Below are positions 42,400-53,949 of a stretch of 64,000 nucleotides of DNA, one piece after another. Source of the DNA: Eledone cirrhosa. Taxonomy: Eukaryota. The translations under genes and the position numbers were made by a program. The stretch is taken from the NCBI GenBank assembly GCA_964016885.1, contig OZ024744.1:33976001-34040000 (forward strand), written 5' to 3'. Under the pieces are notes generated by a model. It was not told the origin of the DNA and ran no database searches. It saw nothing but the letters and a program-made list of their open reading frames with translations. Position 1 is the stretch's first letter. The number at the start of each line of letters is the position of its first letter.

Positions 42400-44121
42400 A
42401 TATATGTCAACTGCTACAAAGGTAAAGGTGATGCACTAGATAGAGGAAACTATAGGGGTATAAAGCTTATGGACCAGGTCATGAAAATAACGGAAAGAGT
42501 TATAGCACAGTTGATTAGGGACCGGGTGAAACTAGATGAGATGCAATTTGGGTTTGTACCAGGAAAAGGCACCACTGATGCCCTCTTCCTTGTGAGGCAG
42601 TTAGAGGAAAAGTACCTAGCTAAATGTAAGCTGCTTTAACTGGCATTTGTCGATCTGGAAAAAGCCTTCGACAGAGTCCCCTGTGCTATAATCTGGTGGG
42701 CTCTTAGAAAACTAGGAGTAGATGAAAGGCTTGTGAAAGCTGTACAAGCCATGTATAAAGGTGCAGTCAGCAAAGTTAGATATAGCAGTTACTATAGCGA
42801 GGAATTTAGTATACAGGAGGAGTTTAAGACCGGATGCCCATGGGAACTCCTGTATGTGGATGATCTCGCACTTATAGCTGAATCCATGGTGGAACTAAAG
42901 AAGAAATTCCAAACATGGATGCAGGGACTAGAAAGAAGGGGCCTCAGAGTCAACTTGACAAAGACTAAGGTTCTTGTAAGTAGACAAGAAAACACAACTC
43001 AGATACCCTCAGGGAAATGGCCTTGCTCAGTATGTAGGAAAGGTGTAGGCAGGAACTCCATCCTCTGCCCCAAATGCAAACAATGGGTACACAAGTGATG
43101 TAGTGGGATCTCAGGAAGTTTAACTAAGAATGTAGGCTTCATATGTAGCAGCTGTGCTGGGACAGCAAGCAGGAAACAAGCACCACCAAACTCTGGGAGG
43201 GCTCTGTAGAAACAGTAGACATCTTCTGCTACCTAGGTGACCGAATTAGCAGCAGAGGTGGGTGTTCGGAAAGTACAATAACTAGGGTAAGAACGGGATG
43301 GAAGAAGTTCAGGGAGCTACTGCCACTGATAGCTGCAAAAGGCATTTCGCTCAAAATGAAAGGCAGACTGTATGATGCGTGTATCCGAACAGCAAGGTTA
43401 CATGGAAGTGAAACCTGGGTTCTGTTTGTAGAAGACTTACGTAGATTAGAAAGAAACGAAGCCTGAATGCTCCGATGGATGTGAAATAGTAATATACGTG
43501 AACGGAAAAGTATAAACGAATTGAGAGAGAGAGACTGAGCATAAGAGGAATCAAATGTTGTGTGCAGGAGAGGAGGTTACGTTCGTATGGACATGTGATG
43601 CTTATGAAGGATGACAGCTGCATAAAAAGGTGCAGAGCACTAGAAGTTGATGGAAACTGCGGAGTGGCGAAACCCAAGAAGACCTGGGATGAGGTGATAA
43701 AAGTCGACCTTACCCAATTAAACCTCTCAAAGGCGATGACACAAGACCGTGACCTCTGGTGTCACGCAGTAATACAGAAGAACCGGCCCCCCGAAGCAGA
43801 AGACCCGACAAGCCGAAGCAGAAGCATATAGACAATATTCCCCCATACTCCACTGCAAACTGGTCGTGGAGGTGCCACAGCAAAAAAGCACCCAGCCCAC
43901 ACTGTCAAGTGGACGCGTAGGTGCTGTGGAAAAAGCACCCAGCACTCACTTGTAAATGAGGTTGGTGTTAGGAAGGGCATCCAACTGTAGAAATCAAGCC
44001 AAAATCAGTTCCTGTATGAGCAAGACAAGGTCAGCCAACTGGACACTGCCCAAAACAGGACACCCCGTCTAACCCATGCAAGCATGGAAGAACGGATGTA
44101 AAACGGTGATGATGATGATGA
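42400..44121 (+). mobile_element. RTE-clade LINE, 5'-truncated
   Basis: NYRGIKL, QFGFVPGKGTTDA, FVDLEKAFDRV, YVDDL, PHD-like Cys cluster, HGSETW, (GAT)n tail. Confidence 0.92.
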
Positions 44122-44739
44122 TATTGTCGTTTATTTAATCAACTAGATTCATTTATACGGTTTGTTCTGTCAATGGCATGCTTACTTATCCCACAAATCT
44201 AAAACTTCCAAATGGAGTAAAGTGTTGCTAGTCATATGTGGGATGTCTAGAATTATGTGAGAAATATTCTAGTTTCCCACTGGTCCTGAAGATCAGATAT
44301 ATATAGGTGTATAACCAAATATTTAGGGTAGTGGATGATGTAGTGGAGAAGAGGATGCAGTGTATGAACAATGAAGGGTGACAAGAAATTGTGAAGAACT
44401 GTAGGATAAAGTTTTGATAAAGAAGAGAATACTGATCTCTGAAATAATTCAATCTAACTCAATGAATCTAGTGCAACATTTATCTTCTCATTTGAACCAC
44501 ATGTAATGTCATTCATTCTCAGCTATCTCTGATAACGCCCTAAAAAAGTCTAGCTATAATTTTGTCCTCATTACAAGGTTTTTGAGGAAGTCAATAAAAT
44601 GTTTATTCTGGATTATATTATGGAGTTTGTAATATAGAGTTTGATATTGTTGACTGAATTAAGTAGTTATAAATTTACTGTTGAAAACCTAAATAAGTTA
44701 CTGAATAACTTATTAGATGATGTTTAAATTATAACTTAC

Positions 44740-44799
44740 TCTTTTCAGCTGATTTACGCTTGATTGGTGCAGTGCGAGGGGACACTGTAATATGGTCAC
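44740..44799 (-). CDS. 60-nt phase-1 exon (xDHITVSPRTAPIKRKSAEK)
   Basis: TAG acceptor, GTAAGT donor, open frame. Confidence 0.75.
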
Positions 44800-44959
44800 C
44801 TAGAATATATAAACAAAATCATAGTAAACCTACATGTATATATACAAATAACATTACAAATACAGGAAACAGTTATTGGATTCATTATCTCTGATATATA
44901 CATATATATACCAGGTCCAAACACAAATGGACCAAACTGCCACTGTCCCTGCCATTTAT

Positions 44960-46146
44960 ATCATCATCATCATCATCATCATCTTACGTCCGCTTTTCCC
45001 TGCTTGCAAGGGTGGGACGGGTCCTATTCAGCACAGCATTTCTCGACATGTCACGGTCCTTCGTCATCTCCACCATGAGCTTGAGCACTCTGAAGTCTGC
45101 TCTCACCACCTCCACCCATGTTTTTCGTGTTCTGCCTCTACTACGTCTTCTTTCAACTGGCATTTCCTGGCACTTCTTCACCCATCGGTCATCCGCCATG
45201 CGCATCACATGTCCATACCATTGCAGTCTCCTCTCCCGCAAACTACAATCTATCCCTCTCAGACACAGTTTCTCTCTCAACACATCCATGCTCGGCCATT
45301 CACACACATTGACTTTGCACATCCAACGGAGCATGTTTGCCTCATTTCTCTCCAGCCATCACATATCCTTGCGCTCCTCACACAGGCATCGTATAATCTG
45401 CCGTTCATATGCAGGGAGAAACCCTTCTTCGTCAGCAGAGGAAAGAGCTACCTAAACTTCTTCCAACCCATCCTTATTCTAGATACTATGGCCTCGGAAC
45501 ACCACCCTCCCATGCTAATCTGATCACCTAGGTACCAGAAGCTATCCACCACTTCTATAGCGCCCTCCTGCATCTGAAAAATGTGTCTTTCAATGCGACT
45601 TCTACTGTCTAATTTCCCTGTACATCTACTGCATACATATTTCGCCCTACCTGTTAGTTTGCCTGCTATCCCACTACATCTCTTGTGTACCCAAGATCTG
45701 CATTGTGTCCATTTTATAGAATTTATGCCAGTTCCTTTTCTGCATATCGAACATGGCCATTTCCCTGACGGAATCAGAGATTTGTCCTCTTTTCTACTCA
45801 ACACTTCTGTCTTAGCTAGGTTCACTCTGAGTCCTTTTGATGCCAACTGCTGTTTCCATAGCAAGAATTTATTATCTAGCTCCTCTACTGATTCTCCTAT
45901 AAGAACCAGATCGTCAGCATAGAAAAGCTCCCATGGACAGCCAGTCTTAAACTCCTCTATTATGGCTTGGAGGACTATAATAAACAAGAGCTGGCTGAGG
46001 ACTGAACCCTGATGTACTCCTAATTGTATCTGGAATTCCTCACTAAACTCCATTCCTACCCTCACTATGCTGACAGCATCACTGTACAAATTTTGCACTG
46101 TCCTCACAAGCCATTCCTCAACACCTAGTTTCCTTAGGAACCACCA
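44960..46146 (-). mobile_element. RTE-clade LINE, 5'-truncated
   Basis: GVHQGSVLS, YADDLV, PHD-like cluster, RLQWYGHV; (GAT)n tail. Confidence 0.92.
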
Positions 46147-46336
46147 GATATATACGTAAAACGCAGTAAGACCTCTTGGTTGAATATGATACATAATTTG
46201 GAGAATCCGTTGAGATAAGTTCAAGTTTATTATTATTATTCGTATCTCCAAGAATTTTCGGTTCGCATGAGATTTGTACATATTTATATATATATATATA
46301 TGTAGGTATGTGACATGTACATATGTATATATATAT

Positions 46337-49300
46337 ATATTTATTAAAATAACAGATTAAAGTTTAAGCAAAGAATCGCTGCTTTCACCCTTAACGGGAT
46401 CTTCTGAAACTAACAAAGTCAATCTGTAAACGCAGAACTGGATATTTCAAAAAACGTTGCAACCAGAGGAAGACAGGAAGACGATACTTTGGTTTGTGGA
46501 AACGTTCGCTGGCAAAGAACGGGAAAAAACGAATAATACGTCATTAATAGGAGCGGTGAAAAACAATTACGCACAAAGACAGAACCACGTTTATGGTATA
46601 AAAGAGGTCGTAGACTAATGTTCTCTTAGGTGGTGCATAAAGACGTTCTCTGGCAATGAACGAAAAAACGAAGATAATAAGTCATATGTGGAGCGTGGAG
46701 AACAATAGCACGCAAAGACAAAACCACGTAAATGGTATAGCAGAAGTTGTAGACTAAAATTCTAACTAGGAGACCAAATGAATCTCTGCTACAGAGTTAA
46801 GAACAAAGTAAATAAATACAATACAGAAGTAATAGAAACAAATAAATACATACACGCAAACAGATACGTACATACACAAGCATACGCAAAACCTTACCAT
46901 AGGTATACAAAACCACGCACATATAAATATGTGTGTGTGTGTATGCTTGTGTACAAATAAATAAATAATTATATAAACGTATATAAGTAAATAAATACGT
47001 ATATAACAAGCGCACACACATACCTACAAATAAATACACGAATGTTCGGAGACGTAAGTCAACTAAAACAAGAAGTACACATATACACACACCCACCATA
47101 CGTACGAACCTGCATACTCACGCAGACGCAAAACTCCCGTATACACATAGCCAAACCCTAAATACCAGAATATGTAAAAATTATACGCCATAACAGTCAA
47201 ATATACGTACGAGAAGGTATACATACCTTCACAAAACATACGGGTAATATATACTTACCTATGCAAATAAGTAAAGGAATAAACAAAACATATACTTAGC
47301 TCCCACATCAAGACGTAAAATATCCACGTATAGATCGTGCTATCCGTTAGGGTATAACGTGGGGCTGTAATACAGGAAAGTTTTGTGCAATTTATGTTTA
47401 CAAGCCGAAATTGCCTCAGATTTTTTGTTTAAGATGAGGTCTGTGGCGTAGAGTATTTCCAGGGCCTCAGCGGCGCAGAGGTCACATGGTCTTTTATTTC
47501 CGTTATACAATCTAGCCCTAGCTTGTAATAAGTGGAATGGTCGTTGAAAATGCGCTCGTTGGTGGAAAGACGGGAAAGCCTCAACGAAACGTTTCTTACC
47601 AGGTTCTTGGTTATGCTGGCAGGATGGTTGGAATGCTTACCTATGTAATTAAGCGTATCATTCGGCTTTCTACACGGGTAATACAACCCATTCAATAAAT
47701 TGAGGGTAACGTCGAGGTAATTAACGACCGAGAGATTGGCCTCAACCTGTATAGAGAAGTTGAAGCCTTTAAAGACGGCTGTGAGTTCTTTTCTGAACCT
47801 GTCGCAAGCACGAGGTCCGCACTTAGTCATGGTCAAAAGACCATCGTCACGGTACAAACCACCGCCCGCGTTAGGGAATTCGTCCTTGATAGAGAAAAGA
47901 AGGAAAAGGCCAATAAGATCAGTAATCTCCGCAGAGTCACTGGCGCCCATACTCACGTCGAATGGGGTACTATTGGATTTTTTAATCCAAATAGAGTCGT
48001 CGAAATTAATCACTGACTTATGGGCATTGAGGATGACATCAACTTCGAAATCCTTAACCACTGTGAGTGTTTTAGCGAAATTGATAGCTCTAAGGAGAAG
48101 TGGTAAAGTGATGGAGGAGCAGTAATTGTTGATGTCGAGTTGGATAAAACGGCAATGTTCCTTGTTACATATGCCGTTGAACCAATCAATCACCGCGAAA
48201 GAATTGTTCCACAGTGCGAGAGAGGCCAAACTTCTAATTTCAGGTATAATTCTATCAAGAATTGTTTTACTAAGTCTACCTAAATCGGACTTCGTAGGGT
48301 TAATAAGCCGAATAGAGGGGTTGTTCGGAAAATTAGATTTGTGATCCTTCAGGGTAAAGTGGGGAGAGATAGGGTCCAGAGGTTCGGTCCGGTCCAGGAT
48401 GTTGAGATCAGATGTGATTTTAAACCCAGCATCGTTGATTTCATTGATGACACACCGATTAGTTTTACGGTAATCCTTAGTTACAGCATTATGTAGTAGT
48501 TGATGGTAAGTACTGCGCTCCAATTGATATAGGTTGCCAGTTTTGTCGGAATGGACGTGCACGGCGTTAGAATCCTTAATAGAACGAATTCTATTCTTCA
48601 GGTCTTACTGGAAGGAATTGCTCCTATTCCGAAATTTGATACTCCGTATGAGTTCCAAGATATCATTTTCGAAGGGTAGCAATGCTGGGTTCCACGGAGG
48701 GTTATTATTGGTTTTAAATCCAAATTTATCCTGTTTGTTGTCTGCTTTTCGCGGATTATCGAAATAAAAGGCACGCCAACGCAACCTTTTAATGAACGCG
48801 TCTGTTTTCTGTATCAGGAGTTTTAGGTATGTTTTCCTGCTTGGTACGGGTATGTTCTTTGTAGAAATATTCAGATGTTGTTTCTGCATGATGAATATAA
48901 GTCAGTAGAGTGCTCAACCGAAGGAGCCAAATAGTAATAATAATAAAATTGAAGACTAAAATCCAAAGAGGGCTCGATAGGGAAAATATATATCAAATAT
49001 ATAAGAACCGTAGAGCAAATATTTATTAAAATAACAGATTAAAGTTTAAGCAAAGAATCGCTGCTTTCACCCTTAACAAATGTAAGGTTGTAACACCCAC
49101 GTCCCGTAGGGCCTACATAGGGTTAACGGCCAATAGTTTCAAGCAGCGTCTTTACATGCATACCCATTCTTTTCGTTACCCTCTAAGAAGGAATATGACG
49201 TCACTTTCAGCTTATATCTGGAGTCTAAAAGACAACCACACCCAATATAAGTTACACTGGGAGATCCTAGCTAGGGCTAGATTGTATAACGGAAATAAAA

Positions 49301-50537
49301 GACCATGTGACCTCTGCGCCGCTGAGGCCCTGGAAATACTCTACGCCACAGACCTCATCTTAAACAAAAAATCTGAGGCAATTTCGGCTTGTAAACATAA
49401 ATTGCACAAAACTTTCCTGTATTACAGCCCCACGTTATACCCTAACGGATAGCACGATCTATACGTGGATATTTTACGTCTTGATGTGGGAGCTAAGTAT
49501 ATGTTTTGTTTATTCCTTTACTTATTTGCATAGGTAAGTATATATTACCCGTATGTTTTGTGAAGGTATGTATACCTTCTCGTACGTATATTTGACTGTT
49601 ATGGCGTATAATTTTTACATATTCTGGTATTTAGGGTTTGGCTATGTGTATACGGGAGTTTTGCGTCTGCGTGAGTATGCAGGTTCGTACGTATGGTGGG
49701 TGTGTGTATATGTGTACTTCTTGTTTTAGTTGACTTACGTCTCCGAACATTCGTGTATTTATTTGTAGGTATGTGTGTGCGCTTGTTATATACGTATTTA
49801 TTTACTTATATACGTTTATATAATTATTTATTTATTTGTACACAAGCATACACACACACACATATTTATATGTGCGTGGTTTTGTATACCTATGGTAAGG
49901 TTTTGCGTATGCTTGTGTATGTACGTATCTGTTTGCGTGTATGTATTTATTTGTTTCTATTACTTCTGTATTGTATTTATTTACTTTGTTCTTAACTCTG
50001 TAGCAGAGATTCATTTGGTCTCCTAGTTAGAATTTTAGTCTACAACTTCTGCTATACCATTTACGTGGTTTTGTCTTTGCGTGCTATTGTTCTCCACGCT
50101 CCACATATGACTTATTATCTTCGTTTTTTCGTTCATTGCCAGAGAACGTCTTTATGCACCACCTAAGAGAACATTAGTCTACGACCTCTTTTATACCATA
50201 AACGTGGTTCTGTCTTTGCGCGTAATTGTTTTTCACCGCTCCTATTAATGACGTATTATTCGTTTTTTCCCGTTCTTTGCCAGCGAACGTCACCATGAAC
50301 CAAAGTATTGTCTTCCTGTCTTCCTCCGGTTGCAACGTTTTTTGAAATATCCAATTCTGCGTTTACAGATTGACTTTGTTAGTTTCAGAAGATCCCGTTA
50401 AGGGTGAAAGCAGCGATTCTTTGCTTAAACTTTAATCTGTTATTTTAATAAATATTTGCTCTACGGTTCTTATATATTTGATATATATTTTCCTTATCGA
50501 GCCCTCTTTGGATTTTAGTCTTCAATTTTATTATTAT

Positions 50538-50541
<4 letters not shown>
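46337..50541. mobile_element. Penelope-like element with inverted (tail-out) ~1.19-kb terminal arms
   Basis: 46337-47523 is the reverse complement of 49269-50455. RT on the minus strand, EN C-half on the plus strand at 49078-49452, (TA)n on both flanks. Confidence 0.93.
47523..48889 (-). pseudogene. PLE reverse transcriptase (one premature stop, internal deletion)
   Basis: STKNIPVPS, FIKRLRWRAF, DKTGNLY, TLKDHK..F, RLINPTKS, LDINNY, MGASDSAE, GLYRDDGL, NYLDVTLNL, SNHP. ORFs 48605-48889 and 47429-48562 share a frame. Confidence 0.92.
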
Positions 50542-50595
<54 letters not shown>

Positions 50596-50699
50596 ATATG
50601 TGTATGTATATGTGATGTGAATATTAATATTTAAATTTGTGCTTATGGCCATATTTTCTTCTCACTTCCCACCTCCATCACGTTTGGTATATATGCCCG

Positions 50700-52415
50700 A
50701 CGCTGTACGATAACTGCTCCCTTGTGAATATATTATCGAACAGACAAGGGGTGGACGGAGGCTCCGTGAGCTGTAGTGTAGGCAATCCATGTAGGAGAGC
50801 TATCACTCCGAATAAATTGGTGCAGGGTAGAGAAGTCCCCTAAGTCCAATAAGACAACTTCCCTAGTGCTGGTGGCACCAATAAAAGCACTCAGTCCATG
50901 CTGTAAAGTGGTGCTGGTGTTAGGAAGGGCATCCAACCAGTATATATACTACTCCTAAACACTATGAACACAGAAACAACACTAACCATGTTAGGGCTGC
51001 GCATGGTAGTGGGGTGGCTAGTGAGGCCATGTGTGAGAACCCCACGACCGTCATCAAGCAATCGCACAACAGGAAAAAGAACAAGACGTCGCATCTCAGA
51101 GTTTCCACACTTAATGTTGGCACACTAATAGGTAGATCTGGTGAGATAGCTGAGATGCTGGAGAGAAGGCATGTGGATGTGTCCTGTGTGCAAGAGATGA
51201 GATGGAGAGGTGCCCAGATCTGTCATCTGGTGGTCCCTAAGGAAACTAGGTGAGGAGGAATGGCTTGTGAGGGCAGTGCAAGCTATGTACAGGGGTGCTG
51301 TCAGTAAAGTGAGAGTAAGTATGGAGTTTAGTGAGGAATTCCAGATACAAGTAGGTGTACATCAGGGTTTGGTCCTCAGCCTGCTCTTGTTCATTATAGT
51401 CCTCCAAGCCATAACAGGTGTGTTTAAGACTGGATGCCCATGGAAATTTCTCTATGCTGGTGATCTGCCTCTTATAGCAGAATCAGTAGAGGAGCTAGAG
51501 AATAATTTCTGGCTATGGAAACAACAGTTGGAATCAAGTGGACTGAGAGTGAACATAGCTAAGGCAAAAGTGTTGATAAGTAGAAGAGAGGACAATACTC
51601 CGATTCCATCAGGGAAATGGCCATGTTCGAAATGTAGAAAAGGAACTGGCATAAATTGTATAAAATGTATGCAATGCAGATCTTGGGTACACAAGAAATG
51701 TAGTGTGATAGCAGGCAAACTAACAGGTAGGGAAACTACGTATGCAGTAGATGTACAGGGAAAGTTGGCAGTATTAATCGCAGTGATAGACACATTTTTC
51801 CAATGCAGGTGGGTTCTATAGAAGTGGTTGATAATAGCTTCTGGTACCTAGGTGATCGGATTAGCATGGGAGGGGGGTGTTCCGAGGCCATAGTATCTAG
51901 AATAAGGACGGGCTGGAAGAAGTTTAGGGAGCTGCTTCCTTTGTTGCCAAAGAAGGGTTTCTCCCTGCATACGAAAGGACGGTTATATGATGCCTGTGTG
52001 AGATGCGCGATGCTGCATGGTAGTGAGACATGGTTGGCAACTGCAGAGGATATGTGATGACTGGAGAGAAATGAAGCAAGTATGCTCCGTTGGATGTGCA
52101 ATGTCAATGTGCATGAGCGACCAAGCATGGACGAGTTGAGAAAGAAACTGGGTATAAGAGGGATAAGTTGTGGTGTGCTGGAGAGAAAGCTGAGATGGTA
52201 TGGACATGTGATGCGCATGGAGGATGAACGTTGGGTAAAGAAGTGCCAAGAAATCCCTGTAGAGGTAGACCACGTAAAACATGGGTGGACATCAGATCGC
52301 TGAAACTCACCAAGGAGATGACGAAGGACCGTGACAAGTGGAGAGATGCTGTCCTGAATAGGACCCGTTCAACCCTTGTAAGCAGGGAAAAGCGGACGTA
52401 AAATGATGATGATGA
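50700..52415 (+). mobile_element. RTE LINE with 5' UTR and a large internal deletion
   Basis: APE start (LRVSTLNVGTL..CVQEMRWRG) fused directly to the RT C-half (GVHQG, YAGDL); PHD-like cluster; (GAT)n tail. Confidence 0.88.
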
Positions 52416-52554
52416 CGTATATATATGTATACGTATACATATATATATATGTATACGTATACATATATATATGTATACATATATATATATGTATACGTAT
52501 ACATATATATATGTATACATATATATATATGTATATATATGTATATTAATATAT

Positions 52555-53062
52555 AGGTCACGTTGGTATGGAAATGTGATGCGTATAAAGGATGACAACT
52601 GCATAAAAAGGTGCAGAGCACTAGAAGTCTTGGGGAGACCCAAGAAGACCTGGGATGAGGTGATAAATGCCGACCTTACCTAATTGCAACTCTCAAGGGC
52701 ACGACCTTGACCTGTGGCATCATACAGAAGACCAGACTTCCCAAGGAACAAGTTGAAGCTGAAGCATATATACAATATACCCCCACCCCCACTGCAAAGA
52801 GGTCGTGGAGGTGCCACAGCAATAAAAGCACCCAGCCCACACTGTAAAGTGGCCGTGTAGGCGCCATGGAAAAAAAGCACCCAGCACTCACTGTAAATGA
52901 GGTTGGTGTTAGGAAGGGCATACAGCTGTAGAAATCAAGCCAGAATCAGTTCCTGTATGAGCAAGACCAGGTCAGCCAACTGGACACTGCCTACAACAGG
53001 ACAACCCGTCTAACCCATGCTAGCGTGGAAGAATGGACGTAAAACGGTGATGATGACGATGA
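52555..53062 (+). mobile_element. RTE 3' fragment
   Basis: [19 protein letters not shown]; paralog of 43570-44121. Confidence 0.88.
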
Positions 53063-53670
53063 TTATGTCGTTTATTTAATCAACTAGATCCATTTATACG
53101 GTTTGTTCTCTCAGGGACATGCTTACTTTTCCCACAAATCTAAAACTTCCGAAAGGAATAAAGTGTGGTTAGTCATATGTGGTGTGTCTAAAATTATGAG
53201 AGAAATATTCTACAGTTTCCTACTGGTCCTGAAGAACAGATATATATAGTGGTTTAACCAAATATTTAGGGTACTGGCAGAAGTAGTGGATAAGAGGATG
53301 CAGTGTATGAAGAACGAAGGGAGAAAAGAAATGGTGAAGAACTGTAGGATGAAGTTTTGTTGAAGATGAAAATGCTGATCTGTGAGGTAATTCCATCTAC
53401 CTCAATGAATCTAGTGCAACATTTATCTTCTCATTTGAACCACATGTAATGTCATTCTTTCTCAGCTATCTCTGATAATGCCCTAAAAAAGTCTATCTTT
53501 ACTTTTGTCCTCATTACAAGGTCAATAAAATGTTTATTCTGGATTATGTTAGGGAGTTTGTAATATAGAGTTTGATATTCTTGACTGAATTAAGTAGGTG
53601 TAAATTTACTGTTGAAAACCTAAATAAATAACTGAATAACTTATTAGATGATGTTTAAATTATAACTTAC

Positions 53671-53730
53671 CCTTTTCAGTTGATTTATGCTTGATTGGAG
53701 CACTGCGAGGACACACTGTAATATGGTAAT
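53671..53730 (-). pseudogene. 60-nt exon copy with non-canonical TG acceptor (xYHITVCPRSAPIKHKSTEK)
   Basis: Donor GTAAGT intact, frame open, acceptor TTCTTG. Confidence 0.6.
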
Positions 53731-53949
53731 CAAGAATATATAAACAATATCATAGTAAACCTACATGTATATATACAAATAACATTACAAATACAGGAAA
53801 CAGTTATTAGATTCATTATATCTGATATATACATATATACACCAGGTCCAAACACAAATGGACCAAACTCCTGCTGTCCCTGCCATTTATATATATATAC
53901 ATATATAACGAAAGGATTCAGGACGCCAACTGCTTAGCTCCGTAAATAT

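Noticed and set aside
53401-53482. Possible extra minus-strand exon (AG...GT bounded, also at 44.5 kb)
   Set aside because: Stops in all three frames, and the donor is absent in the paralog.
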